From the IMG/VR virus record IMGVR_UViG_3300005573_001597: a stretch of 33,502 nucleotides of DNA; one strand, written 5' to 3'. This document shows positions 32,067 through 33,502 of this stretch, piece after piece. Source of the DNA: a virus. The position numbers were made by a program, and so were the translations under genes. The notes below the pieces were generated by a model that was not told where the DNA came from, did no database searches, and saw nothing but the letters and a program-made list of their open reading frames with translations. Within the stretch, counting starts at the first letter, position 1, and each line of letters starts with the position of its first letter.

Positions 32067-33502
32067 TGGTGGGGTTGGGGAGGGAAAAGTGTGAGCTTGC
32101 CGGGTCTCTTGTAGAAGTCGGTTCAGATTTCAGTGGCAAGTCGGTTACTACCATAGCCGCCGACGCTCCGCTCCCAAAACTCCAACTCTGCCCTAACTGC
32201 AAAAGTTCAAAGGTTGACCGTAATGGCTCAGATGTCCGCTATGGCGTACGAATTCAGCGGTATAAGTGCCAGAATCATGGTTGTGGCCTACGTTTCAGCG
32301 ATGCAGGCGACTTGGCGAGGGCTGCGGCGGCGAAGCAGCGGTTTATTGCTGATAGCTTAAATTTTGGATGTGCTAATAGGGTATCTATCCAAGTCTGCGA
32401 CAAAAATATGGTAGAAGGTTCGAAAAACTTGGGTAGTGAAACACAGCAGCGTGAACGTTGTGTTTCTCAAGATGAAAAACTGAAAGACACCAACACAAGC
32501 AGCATTGAACTCGTAATCGCCGACTATAAGCACTATATGCAGAAAGAGCACATCGTCAACGACCTAACCCTGAGCAGATACGTAACCCGTTTACGTATGC
32601 TTGCAACACAAATCAAAGTTGACCTCTTCAATCCTGATGACTTCAAAGCAAAGCTCGCATTCGACCCAGTCTTAAGCGTGAAAAGTAACTGTAATAAGAA
32701 CAGCATCTGTAAAGCCTACAGTAGTTTCGTTAAAAGCTACCTGCACATAAAAGACGTCAAAATTCCGCACTTCGAGTATAAGTGTCCTGAGTATGATGTT
32801 CCATCAGCAAATCACATGGAATTGTTATACTCGATGCTAAGCGATCAGATGCGGGTCTTTTGCTATGTGCTGATGGCAACTGCCGCCAGACCTATAGAAG
32901 CCTTACGCCTTGAGTGGAAAGATATCAACTTTGCGCAGAGAACTATCGCTATCAATCATCCTGCTAAGCATGGCCGCACTAGAACTATTCAGTTGAAAGG
33001 CAGATTCGTCAAGGTCATCGATATGCTATTCGACTGGAAAACTCGCCAATACGACCGTGACGTCGTCCAGTGGCGGGGAAACCGCAGCCCAGAACTAGTG
33101 TTTACCTATAAGGACACTGACGCTGCAGGTCACAACTTCCGCAAAGCCCGGGAACGCGCAGTACGAAAATTAGGCGGACCCGACCAAGCGCCAGAACTGA
33201 TGAGAATTACATTCTACAGTAACCGTCATTGGCGAGCGGTCCTTGAGCGATACCTGAAAGGCAATAGTGACGCAGTAGCTAACCTGCTGGGTGAGAATAG
33301 CGACAAATACGTGCAGGTGTATGCGCCGATTTCAGAGCGGCTCTATGGCAACAGCAGAGAATTTGACCCTGTGGAAATCCTTGAGACTGATCCAGATTAC
33401 AGCGAAAAGATGGAAAAATATGGCCGAGAAGGCTACATAGAGTACAACTATAACCGAACGACTGGCAGGCATTACCTGCGCAAGGAGAAGTGTGAATATT
33501 GA
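32066..33502 (+). CDS. int: Tyrosine recombinase/integrase with N-terminal zinc ribbon
   Basis: CPNC...NG...QRYKC...C ribbon; ATAARPIEA (Arg), PAKHG (Lys), YSNRHW, LLGE-x8-Y. Confidence 0.85.
   Translation: MVGLGREKCELAGSLVEVGSDFSGKSVTTIAADAPLPKLQLCPNCKSSKVDRNGSDVRYGVRIQRYKCQNHGCGLRFSDAGDLARAAAAKQRFIADSLNFGCANRVSIQVCDKNMVEGSKNLGSETQQRERCVSQDEKLKDTNTSSIELVIADYKHYMQKEHIVNDLTLSRYVTRLRMLATQIKVDLFNPDDFKAKLAFDPVLSVKSNCNKNSICKAYSSFVKSYLHIKDVKIPHFEYKCPEYDVPSANHMELLYSMLSDQMRVFCYVLMATAARPIEALRLEWKDINFAQRTIAINHPAKHGRTRTIQLKGRFVKVIDMLFDWKTRQYDRDVVQWRGNRSPELVFTYKDTDAAGHNFRKARERAVRKLGGPDQAPELMRITFYSNRHWRAVLERYLKGNSDAVANLLGENSDKYVQVYAPISERLYGNSREFDPVEILETDPDYSEKMEKYGREGYIEYNYNRTTGRHYLRKEKCEY

Larger units (their letters stand above)
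1..33502 (+). mobile_element. Temperate archaeal tailed virus / provirus (HK97-fold capsid, probably non-contractile tail)
   Basis: Terminase, prohead protease, capsid, portal, neck, tail tube, chaperone with slippery site, tape measure and tyrosine integrase in one compact, mostly + strand operon series. No att repeats visible because the window starts at an ATG and ends at the integrase stop. Confidence 0.93.

Noticed and set aside
1-33502. Full tRNA or rRNA genes, IS elements, terminal repeats
   Set aside because: None recognised by eye; the integrase zinc ribbon resembles IS1 InsA-type ribbons, but there is no transposase or inverted repeat.

Overview
The window looks like a near-complete ~33.5 kb temperate head-tail (HK97-fold, Caudoviricetes-type) archaeal virus or provirus. 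Archaeal origin is inferred from TATA-like promoters, (G)AGGTG(A) ribosome-binding sites, ribbon-helix-helix (RHH) regulators and many zinc-finger microproteins; a Bathyarchaeia-like host is my guess, not something the sequence proves. Layout: small early genes with an NDT-like enzyme, a radical SAM enzyme and a DUF559-like nuclease (1-7016); ParB-like, ABC ATPase and GNAT cassette plus terminase (7069-10811); head genes with the portal unusually after the capsid gene (10933-16273); neck, tail and a very short tape measure (16354-24583); adhesin and holin-like genes (24631-27146); a control region (27143-28879); early genes, a PAPS-reductase-family gene and a tyrosine integrase (28881-33502). 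Main observations: (1) a 227-nt intergenic island with no CA or TG dinucleotide; (2) a candidate cI/Cro-like switch made of RHH paralogs with four TACTGTAA-N-TTACAGTA operators, each next to a TATA-like box; (3) an ATAAGTTA-N4-TATA motif ahead of all four late operons; (4) two -1 frameshift sites (tail chaperone; ABC ATPase-GNAT fusion); (5) a glycosidase-like toroid fused to a head-closure-like domain; (6) near-perfect 66-bp repeats in the adhesin; (7) an integrase with altered catalytic residues and a tRNA-like 3' end at its start. Protein family calls come from motif recognition by eye; no database searches were run.
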